Source: an uncultured Alphaproteobacteria bacterium (GTDB lineage: Bacteria; Pseudomonadota; Alphaproteobacteria; CAAHEQ01; UBA3637). Taken from it: a stretch of DNA of 48,963 bases. The notes below the pieces were generated by a model that worked only from the letters and a program-made list of their open reading frames with translations, was not told the origin of the DNA and ran no database searches. The stretch covers positions 1 to 48,963 of the forward strand of contig CAJOPC010000021.1 in assembly GCA_905236245.1 (NCBI GenBank), in the 5' to 3' direction. This document shows positions 1 through 8,879 of the stretch, one piece after another (the first letter of the stretch is position 1; every line of letters starts with the position of its first letter). A program made the translations under genes and the position numbers.

Positions 1-19
1 TCGTTATTATAAGAATTTG

Positions 20-48
20 TTGTATTTGGATACAATTGCATGTATAAT
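20..48 (+). promoter_or_regulatory. Putative sigma70 promoter for the GT8 gene
   Basis: TTGTAT (20-25), 17-bp spacer, TATAAT (43-48). Confidence 0.55.
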
Positions 49-92
49 GGCAAAAACGAACAAATGCTCTGATTTAGTGTAAAGGGGGAAAA

Positions 93-1283
93 ATGAAAAA
101 AAAGGCCAAGCAGAAACATCCAAAAAAACATTTATGGTTGCGAATTATATTCGGTGTGTTCTTAACGGTCTTAATTCTTGCCGGCGCGTTTTTCGGACTT
201 GCTTATTGGGATTATAGGGGATTACAAATCACAAAAGAGATTAATGCATTTGAGCGCGTTTCTTCTTCTAGTTGTTTGTTTAAGAAAAAAACAGAAGTCA
301 ACATTGCCTATATTACGGACGCAAATTATTTATATCCTACACAGGTGGCGGTCTATTCTGCCATTAAAAATAAATGCCCAAACAATATTTATCACTTTTA
401 TATTTTGACGGATAATGTGCCGATGGATCAAGCACAAAAAGCTTTTGCGCCTATGGCACGCAAGGATGTGATATTTAAAATTGTGCCACAACAAAAAGTG
501 TTAGATATAGAATTTTCTGATTTTTTAGAGCATATTTCATCGGCGGCTATGTTAAAATTTATGATTGCTGAGGCTTTGCCAGAGGTCAACAGAGTTATTT
601 ATATGGATTCGGATACAGTTGTTGTAAAAGATTTGGCGGATTTATTTAATCAGGATTTGGAGGGCAATATCGTTGGTGCTGTAACAGACATTGCCACAAT
701 GGCTCAGCCCGGGTATTTGGCTACAATAGGCTATCGGGAATCTCAGTATTTTAATGCGGGCATGTTCTTGCTAGATTTACAACAAATGCGAAATCGAGGA
801 ATCGGCGCGCATTTGAATGAGTATGTTAGAAATAATCCCAACTTAGTGTTTATAGATCAGGATGCATATAATGTTGTGTTAAGGAAAAAAATTAAAAAAC
901 TATCCTATAATTATAACTGTATGGCTTCAATGTTTTTTGAAAAAAACAAAAAAGTTTCTTTCGTCAATTATCTTCGGCACAGAGTGTTAGGGCGTTCTAT
1001 ATTAAAATCTCAGTTTTTAAAACTGTATAAAGATGAATTACCGTTGTTTTATCGAAATGTCTTTAAAGATGTTGTGATGTTCCATTATTTCGGTTTCTCT
1101 AAACCATGGCGCGGAAAAGTTAAAAAAGAATCTTATCAAATGTATTATGCTATTTGGAATGGTTATTCAGAGGGGTTAGCTAAAGAACATGGCATCAAGC
1201 GTGCGGCTATTTCAAACATTGGAAAAAAACGAGATGCGATGGGGCCTGATTTTATTCCGGGCAATCCTCCGCCTGTAAAATAA
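93..1283 (+). CDS. Glycosyltransferase family 8 protein with N-terminal membrane anchor
   Basis: GT8 motifs YITDANY, YMDSD (DxD), YFNAG, DQD and HY..KPW; basic N-terminus followed by a hydrophobic helix; GGGG RBS. Confidence 0.9.
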   Translation: MKKKAKQKHPKKHLWLRIIFGVFLTVLILAGAFFGLAYWDYRGLQITKEINAFERVSSSSCLFKKKTEVNIAYITDANYLYPTQVAVYSAIKNKCPNNIYHFYILTDNVPMDQAQKAFAPMARKDVIFKIVPQQKVLDIEFSDFLEHISSAAMLKFMIAEALPEVNRVIYMDSDTVVVKDLADLFNQDLEGNIVGAVTDIATMAQPGYLATIGYRESQYFNAGMFLLDLQQMRNRGIGAHLNEYVRNNPNLVFIDQDAYNVVLRKKIKKLSYNYNCMASMFFEKNKKVSFVNYLRHRVLGRSILKSQFLKLYKDELPLFYRNVFKDVVMFHYFGFSKPWRGKVKKESYQMYYAIWNGYSEGLAKEHGIKRAAISNIGKKRDAMGPDFIPGNPPPVK

Positions 1284-1341
1284 TGAGCTGAAATGCCTGA
1301 GTAAATTGGCGCTTGCCCAGGGGTGACAACTCATAAAATTC

Positions 1342-1370
1342 TTGACAAATAAAACAAAATAGGTTAAAAT
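1342..1370 (+). promoter_or_regulatory. Sigma70 promoter for the 1439 ORF
   Basis: TTGACA (1342-1347), 17 bp, TAAAAT (1365-1370). Confidence 0.65.
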
Positions 1371-1438
1371 CATTAACCATTGGATGTGGTTTAAAATCCA
1401 TATTTCCAAAATGATTTAATATAAAATGGAGTAATAAG

Positions 1439-2494
1439 ATGCCTCTCAATAATCGGCTCTCTGTTATTAATAACAAAAAATTATTTGCTTTTAGGCAACA
1501 AGATGAAGCTCTTTTTCGCAAGATGTTGAAATTGTTGATTCAAACAAATATAGGACGTCGGTTATTAGATGATATTTCTTCGTTGTTGAAACAGAAGCAA
1601 GAACATATTTTCTTTGCTATGCGAAGTCCTAGTGTGGATTCTGACGGAGAAACTTATCCTGATTTGCATGTCCTTATCAATCATGTTGACACCTCTTACA
1701 TGAGTCAAAAGCAAAAAGACAAATCGTTATTTACGCAAACAATTACATTGACGCATGAGTTAACACATGTAAGACAATTTTTATCCGGCAGCGAAGACCA
1801 GATGGCGGCATTTTCTGCACCGCATCAATTATATGCTTATCTGTTGCAGGAAGCAGAAGCAAGTTTGTCGGAAAGATTGTATGAGCAAGAGATGGCTAAG
1901 TTGTATCCTTCTTTGGCAGCCGGCATGCGTTTACAACGGGATGTTCCAAATTGGCGGGAAAATTATCTTCGGACATTTTTCCTTCAAGAAGATGAGCATT
2001 TTCCAATTACCAACTGGATAGATACTTTTGTGGAAGGACTTTGGAACATGTCCACTTTTGTTTTGAGCGGGAAAAAGGAAGATAGAATGTTCCGTCAATG
2101 GGCAGAAACTTCGCTCAAAGGAATGGGCGTCAATATCACATATGATGATGTGGCTCTTGAAAAGATGTGGCCTGTTACCCCTGTAAAAGGCGGAAAATAT
2201 TTATGGCTTCAAAGTGATGATACAGAGCTTAAATTTGATCGAGAAGGCAGAGTTGCTTGGGTAAGTAAAGGATTCGTTGGAGAAAATGAATCCGATATTC
2301 AATACTTGTTTTTTATGAAAAATTACGATCGTAAAAAGTATCGTGCTATGGTAAGGCGCGTTAAGGAATTATATCCACAAGCAAGTGCGAGATGCTCTAA
2401 GATAGAGGAAATAGAGTTTGGTTCCGAACCGCTTGCGCCGTTTAATCCGGTGCAATTACATGTGCGCCAAATGCGTGGAAAAGGTTCTAAATAA
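1439..2494 (+). CDS. Hypothetical protein, putative HExxH zinc metallopeptidase
   Basis: 351-aa ORF with THELTHVRQ followed by LLQEAEA (gluzincin-like third ligand); GGAG upstream; no signal peptide. Confidence 0.6.
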   Translation: MPLNNRLSVINNKKLFAFRQQDEALFRKMLKLLIQTNIGRRLLDDISSLLKQKQEHIFFAMRSPSVDSDGETYPDLHVLINHVDTSYMSQKQKDKSLFTQTITLTHELTHVRQFLSGSEDQMAAFSAPHQLYAYLLQEAEASLSERLYEQEMAKLYPSLAAGMRLQRDVPNWRENYLRTFFLQEDEHFPITNWIDTFVEGLWNMSTFVLSGKKEDRMFRQWAETSLKGMGVNITYDDVALEKMWPVTPVKGGKYLWLQSDDTELKFDREGRVAWVSKGFVGENESDIQYLFFMKNYDRKKYRAMVRRVKELYPQASARCSKIEEIEFGSEPLAPFNPVQLHVRQMRGKGSK

Positions 2495-2495
2495 C

Positions 2496-2711
2496 TTAAT
2501 GAACTTGTGCGGCAGTCAAATCATTTTGCCGGACAATGGCAAGTGCAACTTCGCGTGAAAAAGCTTGCGCCATACGTTCTCCATCCGGGCTATAAATCGC
2601 CCATACAAGATCTTCATTCTGTTGTTCTTGTTTGATATAAAAGCGATTTTCGTGTGCCACCTCTTGGGCGCAGAACGCATGCTCGGGACAAATGGTAATT
2701 TTTTTATTCAT
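2496..2711 (-). CDS. DUF1150 family small protein
   Basis: WAIYSPDGERMA..SRE.ALA...Q.D.....VH pattern; lies downstream of hsp20 as in alphaproteobacteria; start moved to ATG 2711, which overlaps the hsp20 stop. Confidence 0.8.
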   Translation of the reverse strand: MNKKITICPEHAFCAQEVAHENRFYIKQEQQNEDLVWAIYSPDGERMAQAFSREVALAIVRQNDLTAAQVH

Positions 2712-3153
2712 GAGCTTTCTTTTTGCCTTCCAAATGAAGTGGTTTAGATTTCTTTTTAATATCAATTGTTTTTATATTAGGGCATTTTTCTGGTTTTTGC
2801 AAGGTCAGTGTCAATAGACCGTTTTCCAAAAGGGCTTCGATGATTTCCATGCCGTCTGCTAAAACAAATGTTTTAATAAAAGATCTGGCGGCAATTCCTT
2901 GATGTAGGTAATGTCGTGTCGGATCATGTTCTTGACGCCCCCGGACGATCAATTGATTGTCCTCAATAGTCACATTTAAATCTGCCTCTGAATATCCAGC
3001 AACTGCCAATGTAATTTCAAAAATAGTTGGCGTTTTTTGTTCAATGTTATATGGCGGAAAAGAATCTGCGCCCTTTGCTACACGCAAAAGCATTTGTTCC
3101 AATTCATTAAATCCGACCAAAAAAGGATTATTAAATGGTGTTAGGTTGGACAT
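2704..3153 (-). CDS. ibpA: Small heat-shock protein Hsp20 (IbpA family)
   Basis: FPPYNI, LAVAG, YLHQGIAARSF and ENGLL motifs; AGGAG RBS favours ATG 3153. Confidence 0.92.
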   Translation of the reverse strand: MSNLTPFNNPFLVGFNELEQMLLRVAKGADSFPPYNIEQKTPTIFEITLAVAGYSEADLNVTIEDNQLIVRGRQEHDPTRHYLHQGIAARSFIKTFVLADGMEIIEALLENGLLTLTLQKPEKCPNIKTIDIKKKSKPLHLEGKKKAHE

Positions 3154-4570
3154 GCGCATTCTCCTTTAGCTCATGTGTAATATCTTTGATGTGTTGGGCT
3201 AACTTTGTATCTCTTTCCATCAACCCTTCAATCGTTTTGACGGCGTGGATAATTGTTGTATGATCCCGCTTAAAGCATAAAGCGATATCCGGTAACGAAA
3301 GAGGTGTTAAAGTTTTTGTTAAATACATTGCAATTTGACGTGGGCGCGCAATACAACGATCCCGACGAGTTGACTTTAAATCCTCTAAAGAAAGGTTGTA
3401 ATACTTTGCTACGACTTTTTGAATTTCAGGTGCTTTAATTGGACGTTCATAGGTATGCAAAATATCCTTTAAAACAACTTTTGTGGTTTCCATATTGATG
3501 GGGTTGCCGATCAGTTCTGAATGAGCCACGATTCGTTTAAAGGCACCTTCCAATTCACGCACGTTTGTGGTAATACTTTTTGCTAAAAATGCTAAAACAT
3601 CATTAGGAACATTTGTTTTCAGTTCTTTGTTTTTGCCAAGCAAAATGCCAAGGCGCAAATTTTCATCAGCGGGCGCAATATCAACGACAAGCCCTTGAGA
3701 AATACGTGTGCGGAGCTTTTCATCAATGCCTTGTAATTCGTTTGGCATCGAATCGGCAGAAAGAATAATTGTTTTATTTTGAGCAATTAAATTATTAAAG
3801 GTGTGGAAGAATGCGTTTTGTGACCAGGATTTACCCAAAATAAATTGAATGTCATCAATGAGCAACACATCTACAGAACGAGCCAGAGTCAAGAAGGAAT
3901 CTTTGTTTTTAGAATCTTTGGATTTTAAATCATTCCAACAACGTTGACAGAATTGTTCACAAGAAAGGTATAAAACACTTTTATTTGGATGACGCTCTTT
4001 GATGCGCCAAGCAATTGCGTGTAAAAGGTGTGTTTTACCTAAACCAGATCCAGCATGAAAATATAAAGGATTAAAAGATAAAGTATCCTCTTCGGCCACT
4101 TTCTTGGCCGCAGCATAGGCGAATTGATTTGATTTACCAACAACAAAAGTATCAAATGTATGTGCTTTGTCCAAATAGCAGGGAATTTCTTCAAACGAAT
4201 CGGAGTCGATATCGGAAATGCTTTCTGTTGATTGTAATGCCGTGGCCACAGGTTGCGCAGAAACGGTTGGGGTTACAGGAGATTCTGTTGTAGTGGTGTT
4301 TGATTTTTTTAAAGGAGGAGTTAATTTTAAATTGATGGCCGAAACTTCCGGATCTTTTGTTTTCCAAAGGGATAAAATTTGATCCACATAATTTTTTTGA
4401 ATCAGCTCATGAATACACGGACTGGCAACCGTCAAGTTGACTTGGTTGTTTTCGATACAATCAGGCACAATTTTACTAAGCCAACGCATAGCGAATCGAT
4501 CGCTTAAACTTTTGGCCAACTGTGTACAAATCTCAGCCCATTGAACCTGGATAGTATCCGTGTTTTCCAT
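3131..4570 (-). CDS. dnaA: Chromosomal replication initiator DnaA
   Basis: TFDTFVVGKSN, Walker A GSGLGKT, Walker B LLIDDIQ, NVRELEG, domain IV RQIAMYL and RDHTT; ATG 4570 with AGGGGTG RBS. Confidence 0.97.
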   Translation of the reverse strand: MENTDTIQVQWAEICTQLAKSLSDRFAMRWLSKIVPDCIENNQVNLTVASPCIHELIQKNYVDQILSLWKTKDPEVSAINLKLTPPLKKSNTTTTESPVTPTVSAQPVATALQSTESISDIDSDSFEEIPCYLDKAHTFDTFVVGKSNQFAYAAAKKVAEEDTLSFNPLYFHAGSGLGKTHLLHAIAWRIKERHPNKSVLYLSCEQFCQRCWNDLKSKDSKNKDSFLTLARSVDVLLIDDIQFILGKSWSQNAFFHTFNNLIAQNKTIILSADSMPNELQGIDEKLRTRISQGLVVDIAPADENLRLGILLGKNKELKTNVPNDVLAFLAKSITTNVRELEGAFKRIVAHSELIGNPINMETTKVVLKDILHTYERPIKAPEIQKVVAKYYNLSLEDLKSTRRDRCIARPRQIAMYLTKTLTPLSLPDIALCFKRDHTTIIHAVKTIEGLMERDTKLAQHIKDITHELKENAHVQPNTI

Positions 4571-4691
4571 TTTCACCCCTTTATAAGAATTTGGTTGTTT
4601 CTCTACCCCACAGCATACGGGTATTTTGAAAAAAAACAACAGAAAATTTTAATAATTTGTTAAATATTTTCCTTGACACTAAATGTTGTTT

Positions 4692-5186
4692 TTAGCGCCC
4701 CAAGATATTGTGTCCAGATAAGCCTAAAAAGCCATGGGTAAGGGCTATCGCTAAGGCGTCGGATGCATCGGCAGGTATGTTTTGTGGAACGGTTTTTAAT
4801 AGCGTACGCACCATCATATCTACTTGTTTCTTTTCTGCATGGCCTACACCGGTAATTGTTTTTTTAATCTGATTTGGAGTGTATTCCCCTACATTGAGCC
4901 CATAGATGGCCGGCGTCATTAGGACAACGCCGCGTGCTTGGCCTAATTTTAAAGTGGAATTAGGGTTTTTATTGACGAAGGTTTCTTCTACTGCGGCGGT
5001 ATCCGGTTTCCACTCTTCAATTAATTTTTTTAACGATTCGTGCAGCTCAAATAAACGATTCGCTAGTGGTAGCTTTTCATCTGGGTTGATGACGCCCGCT
5101 GCGACAAAAATAAAGTGGGAGCCTTGTTTATCCACAAGACCCCACCCAGTATGCCTTAATCCCGGATCCAACCCCAAAATCCGCAT
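4692..5186 (-). CDS. ruvC: Holliday junction resolvase RuvC
   Basis: ILGLDPG, AVEE, LGQARG, GHAEK and DASDALAIA motifs. Confidence 0.97.
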   Translation of the reverse strand: MRILGLDPGLRHTGWGLVDKQGSHFIFVAAGVINPDEKLPLANRLFELHESLKKLIEEWKPDTAAVEETFVNKNPNSTLKLGQARGVVLMTPAIYGLNVGEYTPNQIKKTITGVGHAEKKQVDMMVRTLLKTVPQNIPADASDALAIALTHGFLGLSGHNILGR

Positions 5187-5198
5187 AAAATTCTCCCT

Positions 5199-5939
5199 TT
5201 AAAGTTGTGCTAAGATATCCTCTGGTATATTCGCATTAGTAATAACGCGTTGGACATCATCATCTTCATTGAGTTCTTCAACAAAGCTCATTAGTTTTTG
5301 AGCAGTTTCTAAATCTGCAATAGGTGTTTCCACCGTTGGTTTCCAATCGATTCGTGCAACATTTGGCGTGCCAAGCTTTTTCTCCAAAGCATCACGCACA
5401 GCGCCTAAATCTTCCGGCTTGCAAGTAATTTCGTGTGCCGAATCGGTTGTTTGTACATCATCAGCCCCAGCATTTAAAGCTTCTTCAAACATAGCATCTG
5501 CGCTGGCAACATCCAAAGAAAATTCCAAATATCCGATCTTTTCAAAATTGAACAAAACCGAATCGCCGAAAGAACCACCGCGCTTTGTGAATAAAGCACG
5601 TAAATTTGGTGCGGTGCGTGCGCGATTGTCTGTTAAAGCTTCAACAATAATGGCGACATGTCCTGGACCATAACCTTCATAACGAACTTCTTCATAATTG
5701 CTGGTATCAGCCGTTTGGCTACCTTTCGCAATGGCGCGTTCGATATTATCCTTTGGCATATTTTCGCTGCGTGCATTTTGAATAGCTAAACGCAAACGAG
5801 GATTGCTATTTGGATCAGCTCCCCCGGTTTTAACGGCGACCGTAATTTCACGGGCGCATTTAGAAAATACGCGAGCTCTTGCTTTATCTTGAGCTCCTTT
5901 GCGGTTCATAATGTTTTTAAATTGTGAATGTCCAGACAT
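5199..5939 (-). CDS. yebC: YebC/PmpR family protein
   Basis: MSGHSQF, NPRLR, YEGYGP, TDNR and DDVQ motifs; upstream of ruvC. Confidence 0.97.
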   Translation of the reverse strand: MSGHSQFKNIMNRKGAQDKARARVFSKCAREITVAVKTGGADPNSNPRLRLAIQNARSENMPKDNIERAIAKGSQTADTSNYEEVRYEGYGPGHVAIIVEALTDNRARTAPNLRALFTKRGGSFGDSVLFNFEKIGYLEFSLDVASADAMFEEALNAGADDVQTTDSAHEITCKPEDLGAVRDALEKKLGTPNVARIDWKPTVETPIADLETAQKLMSFVEELNEDDDVQRVITNANIPEDILAQL

Positions 5940-5971
5940 GTGATTCCTTTCGTTATATGAAGGGCATTATA

Positions 5972-6784
5972 TCACAATTTGATTGTATTTTCAAGTATAT
6001 CGCCCAGAATAATGGGGCGAATCGATGTTGGTGTCAAAGTTTTTTCGTTTACTTCAACCAAGACAGCCGCAAGTGTTGATGAATTGGTTGCCGGTTCGAA
6101 TCGTTTTCTTTCGGTTCCTAATCCAAAATGGGAAAAGGCCGTTTCCGTTGTCATGCCTAGGACAGATGTGTAATCGCCGCACATGCCAACATCTGTGACA
6201 AAAGCAGTTCCTTTTTGTAAAAGATGAGCGTCCGCCGTGGGGATATGTGTATGTGTGCCCACGACAAGAGTTGCTTGACCATCCAAAAAATAGCCCATTG
6301 CTACTTTTTCGGCGGTTGTTTCGGCATGCATATCTACCACCAATAAATCATACTCATCGCGATGTGTTTCGATAAATGATTGAATTGTTTGAAACGGATC
6401 TTCAAGCGGGATTTTTGTGTTCATAAATGCTTTGCCGAGCAATTGAGTCACACACAAGCGTTTATTCCCTACATTGAAAATGTGAAAGCCTTTGCCGGCC
6501 GTATCCGTTGGATAATTGAGGGGACGAACTAATACATTTTCTTTTTGCCAGATTTCTGTGACATCCATTTTGTCAAAGGTATGATTTCCCATTGTCATAA
6601 CGTCAGCGCCTGCACGTAAAAGTTCAGCATAAGTTTTGGGGGTTAAACCCAATCCATGAGCCGCGTTTTCAGCATTGACGATGATAGCATCAATGTGGTA
6701 TTTTTCTTTCAGTTGCGGCAAATAATTCTTTACGGCCTTACGACCAGCCGCTCCTGCCACATCTCCACAAAATAGGATTTTCAT
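5972..6784 (-). CDS. ymdB: TIGR00282/YmdB-family metallophosphoesterase
   Basis: GDV, NAEN, MGNH, DMHAE, GTHTH and TDVGMCG motifs. Confidence 0.93.
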   Translation of the reverse strand: MKILFCGDVAGAAGRKAVKNYLPQLKEKYHIDAIIVNAENAAHGLGLTPKTYAELLRAGADVMTMGNHTFDKMDVTEIWQKENVLVRPLNYPTDTAGKGFHIFNVGNKRLCVTQLLGKAFMNTKIPLEDPFQTIQSFIETHRDEYDLLVVDMHAETTAEKVAMGYFLDGQATLVVGTHTHIPTADAHLLQKGTAFVTDVGMCGDYTSVLGMTTETAFSHFGLGTERKRFEPATNSSTLAAVLVEVNEKTLTPTSIRPIILGDILENTIKL

Positions 6785-7089
6785 TGTTCTAAACTTTCTG
6801 CCAATACGCCGACTTTAAGAGCTAAATTTTGAATGCTTTGAGCAATTTGATCCGTTGCTTGTTCTAGCATTTGGCTGTTTGTTGAACGTTCAAGGTGTTG
6901 TTTTTCTTCCGCCAACAACAGGCATATCATGGCCAACAATTGACCTTCTTGCATAAAACCAATGGATTTTGTTAAAGACTCAGCCCGTTTATCCAAACCT
7001 TCGGCCAATTCACGCATGTGCATTTCCTGTCCATCGTTACAGGAAAATTTATAAAAGCGCCCTCCAATTTTTAAAGAAACGACTGCCAT
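6781..7089 (-). CDS. zapA: Cell division protein ZapA
   Basis: V.LKIGGR.Y...C.DGQE.H...LA pattern and coiled C-terminus; GGAGG RBS before ATG 7089. Confidence 0.85.
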   Translation of the reverse strand: MAVVSLKIGGRFYKFSCNDGQEMHMRELAEGLDKRAESLTKSIGFMQEGQLLAMICLLLAEEKQHLERSTNSQMLEQATDQIAQSIQNLALKVGVLAESLEQ

Positions 7090-7090
7090 A

Positions 7091-7282
7091 TTAACTTTCC
7101 TCCTTGTTCTGCAAGCGAGCAAGAGCCTTGTTTAAACGGTCATGTGTTTGACGAATGACAGTTTTTAATGTCGAAATTTCTTCTCCCGCGCGCCCTTTGT
7201 CTTTTTTGGACGCATGTACTGCCGCTTCTAGTCGCAAAACCGACTGTTCCAAATTTGTAATGGCCTGCTTAATTTGTTCCAT
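7091..7282 (-). CDS. Small coiled-coil protein upstream of zapA (DUF4164-like)
   Basis: Heptad pattern LEQSVLRLEAAV; conserved alphaproteobacterial position; GAGGAG RBS. Confidence 0.65.
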   Translation of the reverse strand: MEQIKQAITNLEQSVLRLEAAVHASKKDKGRAGEEISTLKTVIRQTHDRLNKALARLQNKEES

Positions 7283-7418
7283 CAATAATTCTCCTCTAAT
7301 GTTTGATAAGCATAGCAGATTTTGTTTTCGTCGTCCAGTAAAAAACGTGCCGATTAATAAAATTCTTGCGTATTTGAAAAAAATCCTTAAAATAAAAGAG
7401 GCAACAGAAAGGATTTTT

Positions 7419-7742
7419 ATGAAAAATATCGGTGAATTGATTTCAAAAGCTCAAAAAGTACAATCTCAGATGAGTATTCTCCAATCAAAGATGGAACAAC
7501 AAGAGTTTTCCGGAGAGGCTGCTAATGGTGCGGTTAAAGTTGTGATGACCGGAAAAGGTGTTCCTGTGTCGATTAAATTGGACAAATCGATTGTGGATCC
7601 AAGTGATGTAGAAACATTGGAAGATTTGTTGATGGTTGCTTTGAAAGATGTTCGTGAAAACATCGACGGCTATATGATGTCTGAGATGGAAAAAATGCAA
7701 TCCTCTTTGGGTTTGCCACCAGGCTTTAAATTGCCGTTTTAA
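7419..7742 (+). CDS. ybaB: YbaB/EbfC nucleoid-associated protein
   Basis: AQKVQ, GEAANGAVKV, LEDL and LPPGFKLPF motifs; precedes recR; AAGGA RBS before ATG 7419. Confidence 0.93.
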   Translation: MKNIGELISKAQKVQSQMSILQSKMEQQEFSGEAANGAVKVVMTGKGVPVSIKLDKSIVDPSDVETLEDLLMVALKDVRENIDGYMMSEMEKMQSSLGLPPGFKLPF

Positions 7743-7745
7743 GTT

Positions 7746-8339
7746 ATGTCTGCACCGCAAATTGAACAGCTTATTCAATTGTTGTCGCGTTTGCCGGGGC
7801 TGGGGCCTCGTTCTGCGCGGCGCGCTGTTTTGCATCTGATTGACAAGCGGGAAAGCCATCTGATGCCTTTGATTCAAACATTACAGGATGTTGCGGCAAA
7901 TGTGAAAATTTGTCCAGTTTGTGGCAATATGGATACGGAAACTCCATGCAACATTTGTACAGATGCCAAGCGTGATGTTTCTCAAATTTGTGTGGTGGAA
8001 GATGTTGCTGATTTATGGGCGCTGGAGCGCGCCAGCTTGTTTAAAGGACATTATCATGTTTTGGGTGGCGTGTTGTCCGCATTGGATGGTGTTGGACCGG
8101 ATGAATTAAAAATAGAAAGCTTAATGGCAAGAATACAATCCGGTAATGTGCAAGAAGTGATTTTAGCCTTGCCAGCAACGGTTGATGGCCAAACAACAGC
8201 ACATTATTTGGCCGAGCGTATGGCTAAATATCCTGTTAAAGTCACCACATTATCACGGGGCGTGCCATTGGGTGGCGAATTGGATTATTTAGATGATGGC
8301 ACAATTCAAATGGCATTTAAAGCACGTCGAGACGTGTAA
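7746..8339 (+). CDS. recR: Recombination mediator RecR
   Basis: [11 protein letters not shown] HhH, C4 zinc finger, CVVE, YHVLGG and GGELDYLD. Confidence 0.97.
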   Translation: MSAPQIEQLIQLLSRLPGLGPRSARRAVLHLIDKRESHLMPLIQTLQDVAANVKICPVCGNMDTETPCNICTDAKRDVSQICVVEDVADLWALERASLFKGHYHVLGGVLSALDGVGPDELKIESLMARIQSGNVQEVILALPATVDGQTTAHYLAERMAKYPVKVTTLSRGVPLGGELDYLDDGTIQMAFKARRDV

Positions 8340-8357
8340 TCTTGTATGGCCGATTTC

Positions 8358-8879
8358 TTATTCATAGACCCAATCTTGTCGTTTTAAGGTATAAGAAATA
8401 AGTTTATTTAAAAGATCATTGTAAAGCAAAATATTGGGGACTTCTCCATATGCGCCACACCCTAGATTGCTTTCGGCACATATATTGTTTTTTTGCGCAA
8501 TAATTCCCGACATTTTTAAAAATGCTGTTTTGTGTTCATGAAAAGATTGGATACATTCTTCTCGATCTTGTGGATTGGGCAAAACTGTATCAAGTGTTTT
8601 AAAGAATTCTTTTTCTTTGCACTCAATTTCTTCTTTTGTAATATCCGCTAAATAATAATAATTTTTGGCATTTGGATCGTTGTCATATATTTTCCACCGA
8701 GGACTTTTGCATTTTTGAATAATTTCTTCGGTCAATTGCTCCCCGGAACGAGGTGCAGAACGAGTAAGGGTATCTTGTTCTTGCGGGGGATTGATGACAG
8801 ATTCTTGCCTGGCCATCATACAGCCAGATAGAGACATAATGGATAAAAATAAAAATGTATACTTATAAAGTTTATGCAT
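8358..8879 (-). CDS. Hypothetical lipoprotein
   Basis: Lipobox LSGC after a hydrophobic stretch; start overlaps the lepA stop. Confidence 0.65.
   Translation of the reverse strand: MHKLYKYTFLFLSIMSLSGCMMARQESVINPPQEQDTLTRSAPRSGEQLTEEIIQKCKSPRWKIYDNDPNAKNYYYLADITKEEIECKEKEFFKTLDTVLPNPQDREECIQSFHEHKTAFLKMSGIIAQKNNICAESNLGCGAYGEVPNILLYNDLLNKLISYTLKRQDWVYE

Noticed and set aside
1200-1440. Relocated 6S RNA or a riboswitch in the GT8-peptidase spacer
   Set aside because: Only short resemblance; no long closing stem or complete aptamer consensus could be built
3154-3240. Sigma32 promoter or ROSE element for ibpA inside dnaA
   Set aside because: TTGAA and CCCA-like boxes are spaced too far apart and no SD-sequestering ROSE hairpin is evident
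4571-5136. oriC next to dnaA
   Set aside because: The 121-bp spacer shows no DnaA-box cluster; the one perfect TTATCCACA (5128-5136) is isolated inside ruvC
7155-7418. Long N-terminal extensions in the ORF track (ybaB from 7155; also dnaA 4639, the LpoA-like gene 19736, 25929 and 32612)
   Set aside because: They overlap divergent genes or promoters; downstream ATGs have clear SDs and give family-typical N-termini or signal peptides
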